Assembly: GCF_006345805.1 (NCBI RefSeq)
Contig: NC_042998.1
Span: 79,422,001-79,486,000, forward strand
Reading direction: 5' to 3'
DNA: 64,000 nucleotides
DNA from: Octopus sinensis
Taxonomy: Eukaryota
Each line of letters opens with the position of its first letter. Within the stretch, counting starts at the first letter, position 1. The notes under the pieces are model-generated. The model had not been told where the DNA came from and did no database searches. It worked only from the letters and a program-made list of their open reading frames with translations. The position numbers and the translations under genes were made by a program. Positions 38,901-52,670 of the stretch are shown here, piece by piece.

Positions 38901-41584
38901 TGAAACCACCTTTAACAGGAGCGCATAGTACTGCAAGGCGCGCAATTGACCTCAAGAATAAATCATATACGTATTATAGATAGAAAGATACAACGAAAGG
39001 GAGAGAGAAAGTATGACTAAGAGAGAAAGACAGAGATTATGGTACCAAACCCATACCTAATGCTTTTCTCTGTCTTTGTTTGGTCATTTATATTCATTAT
39101 TAGGTTGAAAGGCGTAACTGATAGCAGCTGTAACTTTTAAACAGCATCAAATATCATAAATCGGTCACATAACGTCTGATGTCAAATATTATTTATTATA
39201 ATACTGCATGCATCAATGGAGTATTGTGATTTAACGAGAAGGAATTTGGATATGTGGTGGCAAGTTGAAATTAATTCAAAATTTTTATTCAGAATTGAAG
39301 TGGGTCGGAAAATATGGCAGAGATTTTTTTTTTTACTCAGTTAAGGAGAAATTGTATTGAAACTGACCTATTTCTACACGTTGATGCTCTGTTCAGAATT
39401 ATCTCTTCATCTTTTAATCTCCAAAATAAATTTCGCGAGTGATGTTCTTTATTAATCAAGCGAAAGAATCGTTGCGTTAGTACTAGCAATATTTTTATTG
39501 GATGATCTCTAAGCTTCGCATAACTGGTCGAGGTGTTTTCTCTGTGGTATCCGCATTATAGTGTACTTCTAGGCCAGCGGAAGTGCTTCTACGTGGTCAT
39601 TCGACGTACTAGAAATAGCAGCAAAATCTCCCTCGATTCACTCCCACCATCTTCAAGAAAGGAAAAGACACATTGCATAATACAATCCTAGATACACTGC
39701 AAAATACTGGGTAGTCAAGAACAGAAGGCATATTCTTATACACCTGCTTGATTAGAGCTGGCCTTTGGCTAAACACCATCAGTTCGCACAATTTAAAATC
39801 ATAAGACTGTCATCCATATAAGTATAAACTTACGTTGTTGTTATCAAATGTATTTGTATGATGTTGAGTGAAAACAAACCTACTAATTCCCAGATTTCAG
39901 CTGTGCTGAAACTGCCCATGGTAACATAAAATGTATCTGCTTCGTATTTCATTGCTCAACCTAGCTATACTGACTTGTATGACGCTAGTACCTAATATGG
40001 CCTAATGTTTGAAAATATTTTCTCAAATTAAATAGATTTTGAGTCGTTCTAGATTTACTGAATAGTTTAAACGAATTTGCCTTTAATTTTGCTTTCGGCA
40101 TCATTAGTACTTCGTAAAAGCCACAGCGTTCTTTCTTCCATAGATTCGAATGTGTAGATAATAGGTATCCTTTTTTAATTCTAAGACTGCTTCACTGGTC
40201 ACATTAAAATGATTCTTTAACCAGTTAATATTAAATCTGGGTTTGGATACTCTGTCGAAATTATTTTTGATGTTTTGTTTTGCGACAGTGTTGATTTCTA
40301 TGTACATAATCTTTTGGTAACAATTTATACTATAGTGTAAAAGGCTGCTGTAGAAATAATTATTTCATATTTACTGACTTAGAAAAAAAAAAAAGAAACG
40401 CTTTAGCGGATTTTGCAGTGTTTATATTTGAACAAAGCTTATGTGGAAAATAAGTTAATCTAATGTTGAACTTTTCATATTCTTTAATGGCACAATAAAG
40501 AAAGGAATAAATCTCATGTAGCCAGTTTCCAAATAAAGTTTCAAAATGTTAATGTGCGAATAGAAGACATACAAATGAACAACACAGCTCATGGTCCGAT
40601 CTGTAATAGCTCCGATATGCCGAGAAGGAGGGAGTAAACAAGTGATAACCCACACGTGATTGAAAAATACATTTAGTAAAGATGACCCGGAAGTTGTTGC
40701 TCTTCGATTACTATCGCAAACAACAGTAGGTATCTTCAGTTGAATACACGTTGTTTGGTTAAAATTACCCAAAGATGACAACTTTAACACGGAATAACTT
40801 CTAAAATATGAAATTTTGTCAAAAATGTTGAAAGTAAACTGTGTTCAGCGTGAGAAATTACACCAGTATACAAAGTTTCAAACTGTTTAGTTAAAAAGAA
40901 CTAATTTAAAATCTGTGAGTCAAACTGAAGAGATTCAGGAATCGTCACTTGGAAGAAACTGCCGAACTATGAATTGTTGGCAATTAGGGCTGGATATGTG
41001 TTATATTTAAGCGCGACGTTATGCATATTGTCCATCACTGAAATCCTTGTTTTTAATCCAATCGATACATGGTGTTGTTAGAGACACAAAAGACGTGGTC
41101 GAGAAAAGCTGTAGTTTTTTAAGTAGATAATGTATCTGAAGTATTTTCTAAGCAATTTTGTTTCCCTACTCCAAATCAATGTACAATCGTATGCTTTCTC
41201 TTTGAACTAGTCTTCCCGATCTTCAATTATTATTCCTAGGAAATACATAAAACAATATCTGCATTCCAAAGATTAGCAAACATCATCATTGACCGCATCG
41301 ATAATAAAAACCATCTGACCGATTGGCTAAAACCTCGTTCTCAAACAATATCACTGCCGGACGTGCAATTTCTTCACTCGGCCTATTCTATTACTATAAC
41401 ACATTTTACTCCTCAGAACCATCTACTTACATATTACCTTCATCTAAGCTTGTATGATATCCGGTCTCTCCTTCATTTCAACTTCATACTGTATTACATG
41501 CATCAAGGCACTAACTCCTATATTCAATCTTTTCTTCAATGTGTCAGACCTCTGAAATTATCTCCTTGCTTCCCTCACCCCGCA

Positions 41585-41937
41585 GCAAGACTGCAGCCAT
41601 GCTGGGGCACTGCCTTGGAGAATTTTTGTAATTAAATGAATCGACCTAAGGACTTATTTTCTAAGCCTAGTACTTATTCTACCGGTCTCTTTTGCTGAAG
41701 CACTAATGTACGCGGATGTAAACACACAAACGCCGATTGCCAAATACAGACACAAACACACACACACACATATACGACGGGCTTCTTTCAGTTTCTGTCT
41801 ACCAAATCCACTCACAAGGCTTTGATCGACCCGAAGGTTTAGCAGTAGACACTTACCAAAGGCGCTACGTAGAGGGACTGAACCTGGAACCACGTGGTTG
41901 GGAAGCAAACTTCTTACCACACAGTACGCCTGCGCCT
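41585..41937 (-). mobile_element. SINE family B
   Basis: reverse complement of consensus. Confidence 0.85.
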
Positions 41938-42156
41938 ATTGATACATAATTTTTTTAAAACTGATCACCATTCCAACCTCACAAGTTTCTGAGGACTTAC
42001 AAGTAACTGGCACTACTGCATCTGAATTACTAAATTTACGCTCCAACTGGAAATCTAAAGAAATTGATTTGAGTGCAAATTAACCGCTTTACTAGCACTC
42101 TCAGCTATAGAACTAAAGTGGAGAAAAAAACCTCCAGTCAATATATGTGTGTGTAA

Positions 42157-42545
42157 GGCGGCGAGCTGGTAGAATCGTTAGCACGCCAGGCGAAGTGCTT
42201 AGCGGTATTTCGTCTGCCGTTACGTTCTGAGTTCAAATTCCGCCGAGGTCGACTTTGCCTTTCATCCTTTCGGGGTCGATAGATTAAGTACCAGTTACGC
42301 ACTGGAGTCGATGTAATCGACTTGGTCCGTTTGTCTGTCCTTGCTTGTCCTCTCAGTGTTTGGTCCCTTGTGGATAGTAAAGAAATAGGTATTTCGTGTC
42401 TTTACGTTCTGAGTTCAAATTCCGCCGAGGTCGACTTTGCCTTTCATCCTTTCGGGGTCGATAAATTAAGTACCAGTTGCGTATTGAGTCGATCTAATCG
42501 ACTGGCCCCTCCCCAAAAATTTCGGGCCTTGTGCCTAGAGTAGAA
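42157..42545 (+). mobile_element. SINE family A with an internal tandem duplication
   Basis: ttacgttctgagttcaaattccgccgaggtcgactttgcctttcatcctttcggggtcgata occurs at about 42220 and 42402. Confidence 0.9.
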
Positions 42546-42558
42546 AATAATGTGTGTG

Positions 42559-42580
42559 GCGCATGCGCGCGCTGACGTCA
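42559..42580. promoter_or_regulatory. adjacent NRF1-like and CRE motifs
   Basis: GCGCATGCGC at 42559-42568; TGACGTCA at 42573-42580. Confidence 0.4.
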
Positions 42581-43185
42581 TAAGAATTTTTATAAACTTC
42601 GAAAGAATAATTATTTGGAACGTTGGATCTCGAAGCAAATATCGCTATAGTAGCACTCTATTATCTATTTACAATATCATTTGCTTCGAGATCCAAAGTT
42701 TCAAAAAGATAAAAAGAATTGTGTGATATGAAAAGAATTGAACTGCTACTTCTAGCTGGTCGAACAATCGTATAGAACTCTCCCTCATTAACTGTGATTA
42801 CCAAGCGGAGAATTAAGATCAAATGAGTTGATTGTAAAACAAGGATTGTAAAAACTGCATTAAGTAGTAAATGTAATCCGAACACCTCATGTTAAACCTA
42901 CTTATACATTTTTCTGTTCAACGAACAGCAGCAGATGGATGTTGGCTGGTGAATATCAAACCGATAGCATTCCTAAGTTATCTTCTGTTCAGTGTTATCT
43001 CATGTTTATACCGAGGAAATCAACCTCAGAAACATAAGTGTTTAAATAAACATAATTAGCTTCTAGTGAGATGTCAATGGTTTGCTGAACGCTTTCGCAA
43101 CTTCAGGATTTAAGACCAAGGGAAGTAACTCAGAAGTCATAACATGAGTACATAAAAGATGTTTTCAGTGTTTGGTTCAGAAATA

Positions 43186-43520
43186 AGGTGGCGAGCTGGC
43201 AATAATCGTTAGCACACCGGGCAAAATGCTCAGCATTTCACCTATCTTTACGTTCAGAGTTCAAATTGCACCGAGGTTGATCAGCTGAACACTGGGATCG
43301 ATGTATTCGACTTCGCTTCTCCTCCGAAATTTCTGACCTCGTGCCAAAATTTGATATCAAAGTTTTGCGCAGAGAAGGTGGCGAGCAGGCAGAATCATTA
43401 GCAAGCCGGGTAAAATACTTAGAACGGCAAGACGGACAAAATGCCGCTAAGTTCAAATTCCGCCGAGGTCGACTATCCCTCCCCCAAAATTGCTGATCTT
43501 GTGCCAAAATTTGCAACTTG
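43186..43520 (+). mobile_element. two internally deleted SINE family A copies
   Basis: heads at about 43186 and 43376. Confidence 0.8.
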
Positions 43521-44145
43521 TCTTCAGATCAATTATATTCATCTCGATGACTTCGCTAAATAAACTATATTTTAGATTATACGTCTGACCTCACAAAATT
43601 TGTGAGCGTGGTATTCATAGACAATTCTCCTGAATGCTCATATAATCTCCGGTAATATATCAAAAAAATAAAACTTTCCAAAATGTTCTTAACGGCAGCA
43701 TGATTATATATATAGTGTATGTGGAGTAAAATATTGCGCTGGATGACGAAAGAACACAGGGAAAAAACATACACACACAAAATGTGGATATGCTCATTCT
43801 TCCGCAGTTACCAACCAAAAGTCCTCACTATTTCGCATATATGGTGTGTGTGCACACGCTCGTACGATTGGAGAAATCTAGTGAATTTAGAGGTAGTAAC
43901 AGGGAGGTAACTCTGAATAAATTGAACAAATGCCCTAAAAAAGCAAAATCATCGCTCCCTAAGCCCCAAACTTAACTAATTTTACAAATTTAAGTACCTG
44001 CCAAATAACACGACAAAATCTTATTCAACTATTGAACTACGTGCTACATAGAGATTTGATCCCTTATAAAGGCCCAATATCTCAGGTGACATTAACACGG
44101 AGTTTCAGCTCTGGTGGAAAGAGTAAAAACTGCAATACTTTCATC

Positions 44146-44345
44146 ATTTAACATCCATTTTCCATACTGGCATGGGTTGGACGGTTTGACTGAAAACTGA
44201 GGAGCTGCATCAGATTCCAATCTGATTTGGCATGGTTTCTACGACTGGATGCCCTTCCTAACGCCAACCACTCCAAGAGAGTAGTGGGGGCTTTTTATGC
44301 GACATTGGCACAGGTGCCAGTTACGCAGCACCAACCACAACAATT
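44146..44345 (-). mobile_element. RTE-type 3'-end/SINE-like repeat; further copies at about 44586-44760, 49790-49925 and 58080-58440
   Basis: catcatttaacatccatt..ggatgcccttcctaacgccaacc. Confidence 0.6.
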
Positions 44346-45012
44346 TTTCTTATTCCTGAACTGACATCATTGTTTTATTAGCTTACAAATCAATAAATTA
44401 CCCACCGTTTGGTAATTTGAGTTAATTATTACAGCAGTTAAGACCATTGGACAAGTCACAGTCCAAGATTCACAAAAGACTGATGATCAGAAATAAACTA
44501 AAAGATGAATGAAGTATTAATTAACACTGTACTTCATTATTAACATGTATGCTGACAAACAAACTCCAGTAAAATCTTGTACAATATCATCATTTAACAC
44601 CCATTTTCCATATTGGTATGGGTTGACCAGAGCTATCATGGTTTCCACAGCTGGATGCCCTTCAAAACACCAATCGCTCCATAGTGGCACCAGCACTAAT
44701 ATCAATTCTGGTGTTGAATACACCAAGGCACCAAGTATCTCAATCCTTTAAAGACCAATAAAATAGAATTCATATCTCTCACCAAAAACGTAGAAGGAGC
44801 ACAATTCAATATAGTGGGAAATATACTAGTAACAGTATATACATGATACTGACCAAAAAGTTGTAACTTTCTATATATAAGTATTTGTCGGCTAATGAAG
44901 CAATCATAAGTACTTTATACCAAGGTGATATGGTCCAATAAGACCATAACTTGCCCATAGTTGTCCCTTACCTGCAAATAACTTTCCCCTTCAGCACACA
45001 AATTAAGTTTAA

Positions 45013-45209
45013 CCCTTTAGTATTCAGATTATTGTCAAAAGTAATATTTATCTATTCACATCATCCTGAATTTATCCTGCATTATCTCATAAGATTTTAG
45101 TGATGTAATTGTTTATTTTTAAAATGATCATCTTAGTGTAGGTGTGAGAGGCCACTGTCCAGTTTGAACATAAAACAGATTGACTCTGAGCTGGATATGG
45201 CCGGAAGGG
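45013..45209. mobile_element. piggyBac-type MITE
   Basis: TTAA|CCCTT...AAGGG|TTAA. Confidence 0.75.
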
Positions 45210-47659
45210 TTAATAGATTCCTTCTTAATTTATTGATATTACTTTCCCTTTTATTTGAAAATCTGACAACTGCTTCTGGTTCTTTTTCTTTTTCCCCAAA
45301 TGAGAAAAATTTTAATTACCATATCTACTTACATAAAAGTCACACTGCCCATATTTTCTTTTTAGATCTTCATTTACACAATTTCTCCTAAAATCTAACT
45401 GAATCTTGATGAAGCAATCCCAATGATATTTTTTAATACAAATGTTAACCCCACTTCTATAAAGTTAAGACAATTAGTATTTGCTTACTAGAATAAAATC
45501 CATCAAGTATACCATTTTTCTATCAACAAAGTTTGTTAGTAGCTAAAATTACATCAGATTCATCTGAAAGATCAATAATTTATACTCCACTGCCAGCAAT
45601 ACACACCATCTATAATGAAGATACTTGCTAGTTCAGTCTATCAATCTGTACTGTACCAAGCTCTATAGCTAAGAAAGGTTTCATTGGTGTGTAGTACTGA
45701 CTTCCAAATCTTCCTTTTGACTTGAGATAAGCAACAGGAAAACTTACTCCAGTGTTATTACCTTGGATCCTGGAGTCAGCTGGGTTATTTTTAAAATTTC
45801 CTTAAAAATATAAAATATAACTTGCTTTACCCACCAATAACAGCAATATGCCATTCAGATATAAGAAATCTGGCATGTTAAATTAACTGCTATATGGTGG
45901 TAACACAGCCACTGCATGGACTTTCCTATTTTGAATTAACAAGTATTGATTTTTTAAAACTGATGTAGACAAGTTTGCGTCCAAGCTGTATACACAATTA
46001 GTTACTGACCTCTGCTTTGAGAGAAGACGTACTCTTTTTCTGAAGGTCTAAGAGTAGTAGACACAAATGAAATCCCACTTGTTCAGTCCACAGAGATAGA
46101 AACCTGTGATGTGACCACTTTGTTTAATTCTTCACAATTGATTAGAGTTCTTATTAAAATCAATATAATTTTATGGATACACAGGAACTTGTCATATATA
46201 ACTAAGGAGTACCAAGTGACAAAGAGATTGAAAATCCCTGATAAAAAAAAAAGACTTGAAACTAGTTAAATTGATGTCCATATTAATATTAAAATGTGCG
46301 ATAGTTTACTTTTTGTAGCAAAGGTAAAATTGTGGTCTTATCAAAATAAATAAACCTTATATTTCATTCCAAATTACCCAGAAACACTACATGGAGGGTT
46401 ATTAATAATTTTTCAAGTTTTATTTTGTAACATTTTTAATATAAGAGAAAAATAAGTTGTCTTCTGCCAAATATTTGAGGTTTTGGGGGTTTTTTTGTGG
46501 AGGTGGTGGTGTATCTTCAAATATACATCCATTGCTTCATAGAAAGTTTACTTTGGGCTTCTTTTAGTTTCTGTCAACCAAATCCTCTCACAAGACTTTG
46601 ATCAGCCCAAGGTTATAGTAGAAGATACTTACCCAAGGTGCCATGCAGTGGGACTGAAACTGGAACTATGAAGATATTTTCTGAATCATGTATCACATGC
46701 TTATGCATCCAGATTATAATCTTCTGAATACCATTAAACAACAAGAGAACAAATATGGAAAATGGGTATATATACAAGAAGAAAAATTGAAGTAGCAGAA
46801 AGGAGATGTATGCAAGACTGATAGCTATGAGGCTGCTTCATTTAATAGAGAATTAATTAAATGTGGTAATGTTTCCTTTCCCGTGTTAATTTTCATTGTT
46901 TCAATAAGAACAAAGCAGGGAAACTCCCAACCAACATTTACCATACAAGTACCATTGAATGCTAATGAAATGCACATTGAAGATACTTCCTGTCTCCATC
47001 AGACTGGTCCATCTGAGTTATGTCTGTAATTGGTGTGCCAGCTAATCCAGGTAACCATTACTGTATCATATCAAAATAAACAAAACAAAACAGCAATTAT
47101 TTAGAACTATCTTCAGTTTAATCTCTTTAAGACTGATTTATTAAAAAAAAAAGTAAATAAATTTCTGCAGTACATTGGTGGTACAAAGAACAGAAATTTG
47201 TAGTTCAGAATAATGCTTTACTGGAATATTCTACCAGATTAGCACAACATGGATGACAATCTCCGCTAGGTTTTGTTAATTTTGGTAAATATAAGTCCTT
47301 GGAATAAGTCCTCTGGAAAATATATAACTTTACTTTTTGACAAAGAAAACTAACAAAGTAGCCAGCAAAATACTGGTTAACATGTATCCTTAAGCCAAAT
47401 AAGATCACGTTCTCTTATTCATTAATTTATCTGAAAGATCCCCTTCTATTAATGCAGAACACATTCACACCAACAATAAATATCCTAAGAAAAAGCTTAA
47501 CTAAATTCCTCTTCTCAACCAAAAACAATTAACTAAAGGGATGTTATAAAAGCCACATGCATAGTATAAACTATCTCCTTCATAAAGATACCTATATCTA
47601 CATCTCACTTTAAGGAGAAAAAATTAAAAACAGAAATGATAAACATAAACCACCAGCTA

Positions 47660-47701
<42 letters not shown>

Positions 47702-48629
47702 ATATGTATATATATATTAGGTAAATGCTCAAAAGAAATCTCTGCAAGAATCCAGTGGCCTCATTAACTCTATGGAAAACGTTGGTGCCCATAAACCTTA
47801 GCAGAAATCTGCAGCAAAGTACACTACCCTCAACAAATTCTTGAATGAGCAGCCTGCAACATGGTCCATTAGCACTAACAAACCTTTTAGCAAATCTTCA
47901 ACAGAGTGCATTTGCATCTCATAAACCTTTATCTGAACTTTCAAAGAACAACATTCAGACCAAAACACTGTCAGAGTTTCTCACAAAATAATATCTAGAC
48001 GAACCAACTTTATAAGAGCCTTGCATTAGAGTACAAAAATGCACCAATAAAAATACCATGGCAAGATTTCTCACACAGTTCATTTCCAGCAACAAACCTT
48101 AGTATAACCTTTGACCTTTAAAGGAATCTAACTTTAAAGGGTCTCTGACATGACTCATATAAACACTTTAAATACAACTGTAAGGCAGCTCCATAATATA
48201 CATACACAAATTGACAGGGTTTTAATCAATTAGTGTTAAAGTATCTACAATTTGCTTGTTATTTGTGTGTAGAATGTAAATTATAATGAGTGGGCAAGTT
48301 CTAGAGAACTTATAACCAAAAGAGTAAGAATTTAAGGCTATGTGTTTGTGTAAGAAAGAAAGGAACCACAAGTGCTCTCTGCCAAAAATAATAATCTCTT
48401 AGGTTAATGCAAAGCAACAGATAGTATAGTGGTACAGTTAAGTGAACTGATCCCAGTACAAGGCTGACATTTATTGAATCAAGCCTGATAGAATGGAGGA
48501 CAAAGTATACCTCAATGAAATTAAAACTCAGACAATTGAGGAGGTGGAATTAACTATTGTAAAGCATTCAATCCAGTGTGCTACTATTGTTTCTGCTATT
48601 CCACTATCTTAGTTTTTATAATAATAATA

Positions 48630-48845
48630 ATCCTTTCTACTACAGGCACAAGGCCTGAAATTTAGGGGATGGGGGGATAGTCAATTACATCGACCCCAGT
48701 ATTCAACTGGTACCTATTTTATCGACCCCAAAAGGATGAAAGGCAAAGTCAACCTCGGCGGAATTTGAACTCAGAACATAAAGACAGACAAAATACTGCT
48801 AAGCAGTTTGCCCGGCATGCTAACAATTCTGCCAGCTTGCCACCT
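48630..48845 (-). mobile_element. SINE family A downstream of the SDHD stop codon
   Basis: reverse complement of consensus. Confidence 0.85.
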
Positions 48846-48989
48846 TCAATAATAATAATAACAATAATAATAATAAACACAGATACATACACAAGCTAAA
48901 ATAAGTGAAAAATTCTGCAGTGAGGTTTCCAATGGAAGCTGATTTCTATTTCCTATATATTAGTTATGTGTAAGTAACAGGATTTCCAC

Positions 48990-49036
<47 letters not shown>

Positions 49037-49121
49037 ATAAATTTATGTGTGTGCATGTGCTGAATGAGTAGTACTGAGAGGGTGGTGTGGGCGGCAGAGT
49101 AGGAGGAGTACAATTTCAGGA

Positions 49122-49284
49122 CTAATGAATACTCCATAGTAAGAGCAAAGCACGAGAGGCGCCAATATCATTGTAGTTGAAATGCAGTAATCCAGCCATT
49201 GCAAGAATGCTGACAAGCAGCCAAACCTTCTGGATCCAAGGAATATACTTTGCTACGTAATCTTGCAAAATTGAATCAATACCC
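49122..49284 (-). CDS. SDHD: SDHD last coding exon
   Basis: acceptor ttcttctttccag; (W)GIDSILQDYVAKYIPWIQKVWLLVSILAMAGLLHFNYNDIGASRALLLLWSIH*; conserved DY and FNYxDxG..A..LW. Confidence 0.93.
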
Positions 49285-51370
49285 CTGGAAAGAAGAAACA
49301 AAATTAAATGACATTAGGTTTGTTCATAAGTTTCATAGTTATATATTTATATTTTATTGTCATTATATTTCATTTCCCCACTCACCCACATTTTAACTCC
49401 CATCATCACCCAGTCACTTTTGTCACTCATTTCATGAAAGATAGACAATGCAGAAACTACATACATTCAACCACAAAAACAACTACCACCAACCTCATCA
49501 TTCTACTTCACATACCCATCACAAGCTCTATGTATAAGAAACTGCACTGACCTGTTTGTACCCAATACATTCTATCATTACCCCTTTCTGTATAGCCAGT
49601 CATCACTCACTCACCTAACCCCTTCTTATTGTCACCCATCACTCTCCCTCCACCTCAATCATTCAGTTCTTTTACCATCATACTTTTCCTCTCTTCAACC
49701 AACCATTCTGACACTTCTTTCTTTCTCTTCTATTCTATTCACTTTAGGGAAAGTACACAACTTAGCATAGTGAGTACTCTTTATTCATAAGGCATTAGGA
49801 AGGGCATCCAGCAGTACAAACACTGCCAGATCAGATTGGAGCCTGGTGCAGCTACTGGCTTTCCAGACCTCAGTCCAACCCATGCCAGCATGGAATATGG
49901 ACATTAAACAATGATGATGATGTACACAGCAACTCTTCATACTAATGCATTGATAAAATACATCCAGTGCACTATATAAAGTGGTTAGTGAATAAGCAGA
50001 GAAAGCATAATGTTAAGATCTTTTAGTCTTGTCTTACTGAGGACATAATCTCTTTATAACTGGTATCATGATATAATGCACTCAGTACATTCTGTAAAAT
50101 ACCTGGTGATAGGAAGAGCAGCGAACCATAAAAAAAAAGCCAATATTGTAATGTATGAGAGAGGTAAAGCACTCTGGACCTCTGTGAAGTCAGTGCCTTT
50201 ACCCAATAAGACTTTTGCACTAAGATGATTGATCTAACCTAACATTAAAATGTCATTACATTTCATACATATTACATTCCATTGTTTTGAAAAAAATGGC
50301 AGTGGATAAGTAATCTGACTCAAAGATTTCCAAGATATAAATTCAATTCCACTGCAGATGTTTTAAAATTTCTGTACTGAGCAATTTATCCTATATTGCC
50401 TCTATTCACCTATCAGTCAAGAACAGATATACTAGAAATAGTTGACCACTCACTGGTAGTAATCTTTGATTAAAAAAGGTCAAACAATTCACAGATTTAC
50501 ATATCACTGTGACATGAAAGAATTAAATGGAAATATCAGTTTCTTCTGGCAAGGTTACAAAACTGAACGCTATGGTAACTCAGCTATCATAATATTTATG
50601 ATGACGCTATGGGGAGAGGTATTTGTAAAATAAGCAAAGTGGCTGACTTCATCTTGACTGAAATTGTGCTGCAGAAGCTTACAATCTTGCTGCATGTCAC
50701 ACACAAGCATTGATTTTGCAAAGTAGCACAAAACCAATGTTCACAAGAAAAAATTATAGTTCACTGAATTAATCTGATATATTGAATGCTACTTAAATAA
50801 GTACTATTCATTACCAACCATACCAGGATTTTACTGATGTGTAGGAATGAAACCAGAAGCTTAAAACCTGTTACTCAAATATATGTTACTCTCATCCATT
50901 TCCTTGAATTTTCATGTGTAAGATAATTTTTTATTGTTTTAAGACTTGGAGCCTCTTTCTTCTGTTCAACTACTTTTGGTGCAACCACTTTAATATTTTT
51001 ATCAGTCAGCTAATACGTGTCAAGCAGAGTTATGTACCTTGTTCCAAAAAAAAAAAATGGCTGCGGTATGATTTTTTATCCTTTCACATATAGTGTACAA
51101 TGGAAAAGCGAAGTAATGCTCTAATTGGTTTGTATACCACCAAATGACTCAGAACAGCAGGTTAGCCTAGTAAAGACCATCTTTCTGTAGATAACTGGCT
51201 ACAGCAGGAACTACATAAGATTGTCTCATTTTGTAATGTTCATGGTTTTCTCCAAGAATCATTAACAACAGAAGATAAGAATCCCGTAGTCATCAAAATT
51301 TTGAATGTTTATTACACAGATTAAAAAAAATATATTTAAACAAACAAAATAGAAAGAACTCGTTCCTTAC

Positions 51371-51530
51371 CAATGACTATGTAATAGAAATGAAGTCACT
51401 AAAAGAAAATCTGTCACAGAATTTGGGCTAATTATAGCAGCTGGTAGTGTTCCCAGAAGGCTGATAGCAACAATCCGTTCGAGTTTCCAATGAGTAGAGG
51501 CCAGCATCATATGTTTTCCTTTCTTCTCAG
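51371..51530 (-). CDS. SDHD: SDHD internal coding exon
   Basis: ag..gtaagg; (A)EKKGKHMMLASTHWKLERIVAISLLGTLPAAIISPNSVTDFLLVTSFLLHSH(W); HWxxER and LHxHWG motifs; phase 2 joins the last exon. Confidence 0.93.
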
Positions 51531-52049
51531 CTACAGGTAAATGAAAATGTTAAAATTCAAAATATAATAAATTATTACTTTTCACGACACAAGACCTTGT
51601 TCAAAGGCAGGAGTGATGTGACATAATAAGCTTCATGCTTTTTTCTTAAGGGAATTATCAGGGAGAGAAGAAATTGTGGCTTCAAACACCTACACTGCAG
51701 TACTTGCTAAAATAATAATAATAATAATAATAATAATAAGGCTGATGATTTTTAACTTTGGAACAGGGCAATAAATTGACAGTTGTACTAGTTATTTTGT
51801 TGAGTGTGGAGAGTTCCAACAGACTCAGTTGCTATTGGCTTCACCACAACCAAATCTGTAGAGTTTATCCTAAGAAAGAATGACTTCTGTAGAACTAACA
51901 GACCCACGACTTTTGAAAATTGCTCGTAATCCTAATGTCAACACAGAGAATTGGTCCCAAGTATTATCATCACTCACATTCAAATTAAACCTCTATAGAA
52001 AGCAACGGTTGAAGCTCCACAGACAATACTGACAGTATAATAACAATAA

Positions 52050-52670
52050 TGATTTCAAATTTTGGCACCAGGCCAACAGTTTTAGGGGTAGGGGATAAGT
52101 CAATTACATCAACCCCAGTGCTCAACTGATACTTATTTTATCGACTCCTAATGGATGAAAGGCAAAGTCAACCTCAGCAGAATTTGAACTCTGAATGAAG
52201 GGATGGATGAAATGTCGTTAAGCATTTTGCCTGGCATGCTAACGATTCTGCTAGTTTGTTGCTTTAATAATGATAATTTCAAATTTTGGCACAAGGCCAG
52301 TAATTTGGGGGGGGGTCGATTGCATCACCTCCAGTACTCAACTGGTACTTATTGATGCAGAAAAGATGAAAGGTAAAGTTGACCGTAGCAGAATTTGAAC
52401 TCGGAATGTGAAGACCGACATGCTAACGATTCTGCCAGCTCACCACCTTAATAATAATCTTTTAGGCACAAGGCCCGAAATTTTGGGGGATGGGGCCCAG
52501 TCGATTAGATCGATCTCCAGTATGCAACTGGTACTTAATTTATTGACCCTGAAAGATGAAAGGCAAAGTCAACCTCGGCGGAATTTGAACTCAGAATGTA
52601 AAGACAGACGAAATACCGCTACAAATTTTACCCAGCGTACTAACGTTTCTGCCAGCTCACCACCTTAATA
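52050..52670 (-). mobile_element. three head-to-tail SINE family A copies
   Basis: repeated consensus separated by short (AAT)n. Confidence 0.85.

Noticed and set aside
39560-39720. Apparent exon or ORF at 39609-39791
   Set aside because: Shares gagggagattt.gctgctatttct with 57560-57600, so it is an interspersed repeat fragment
51145-51296. Possible intronic C/D snoRNA (TGATGA...CTGA on the minus strand)
   Set aside because: No terminal stem or recognisable guide; such boxes are expected by chance
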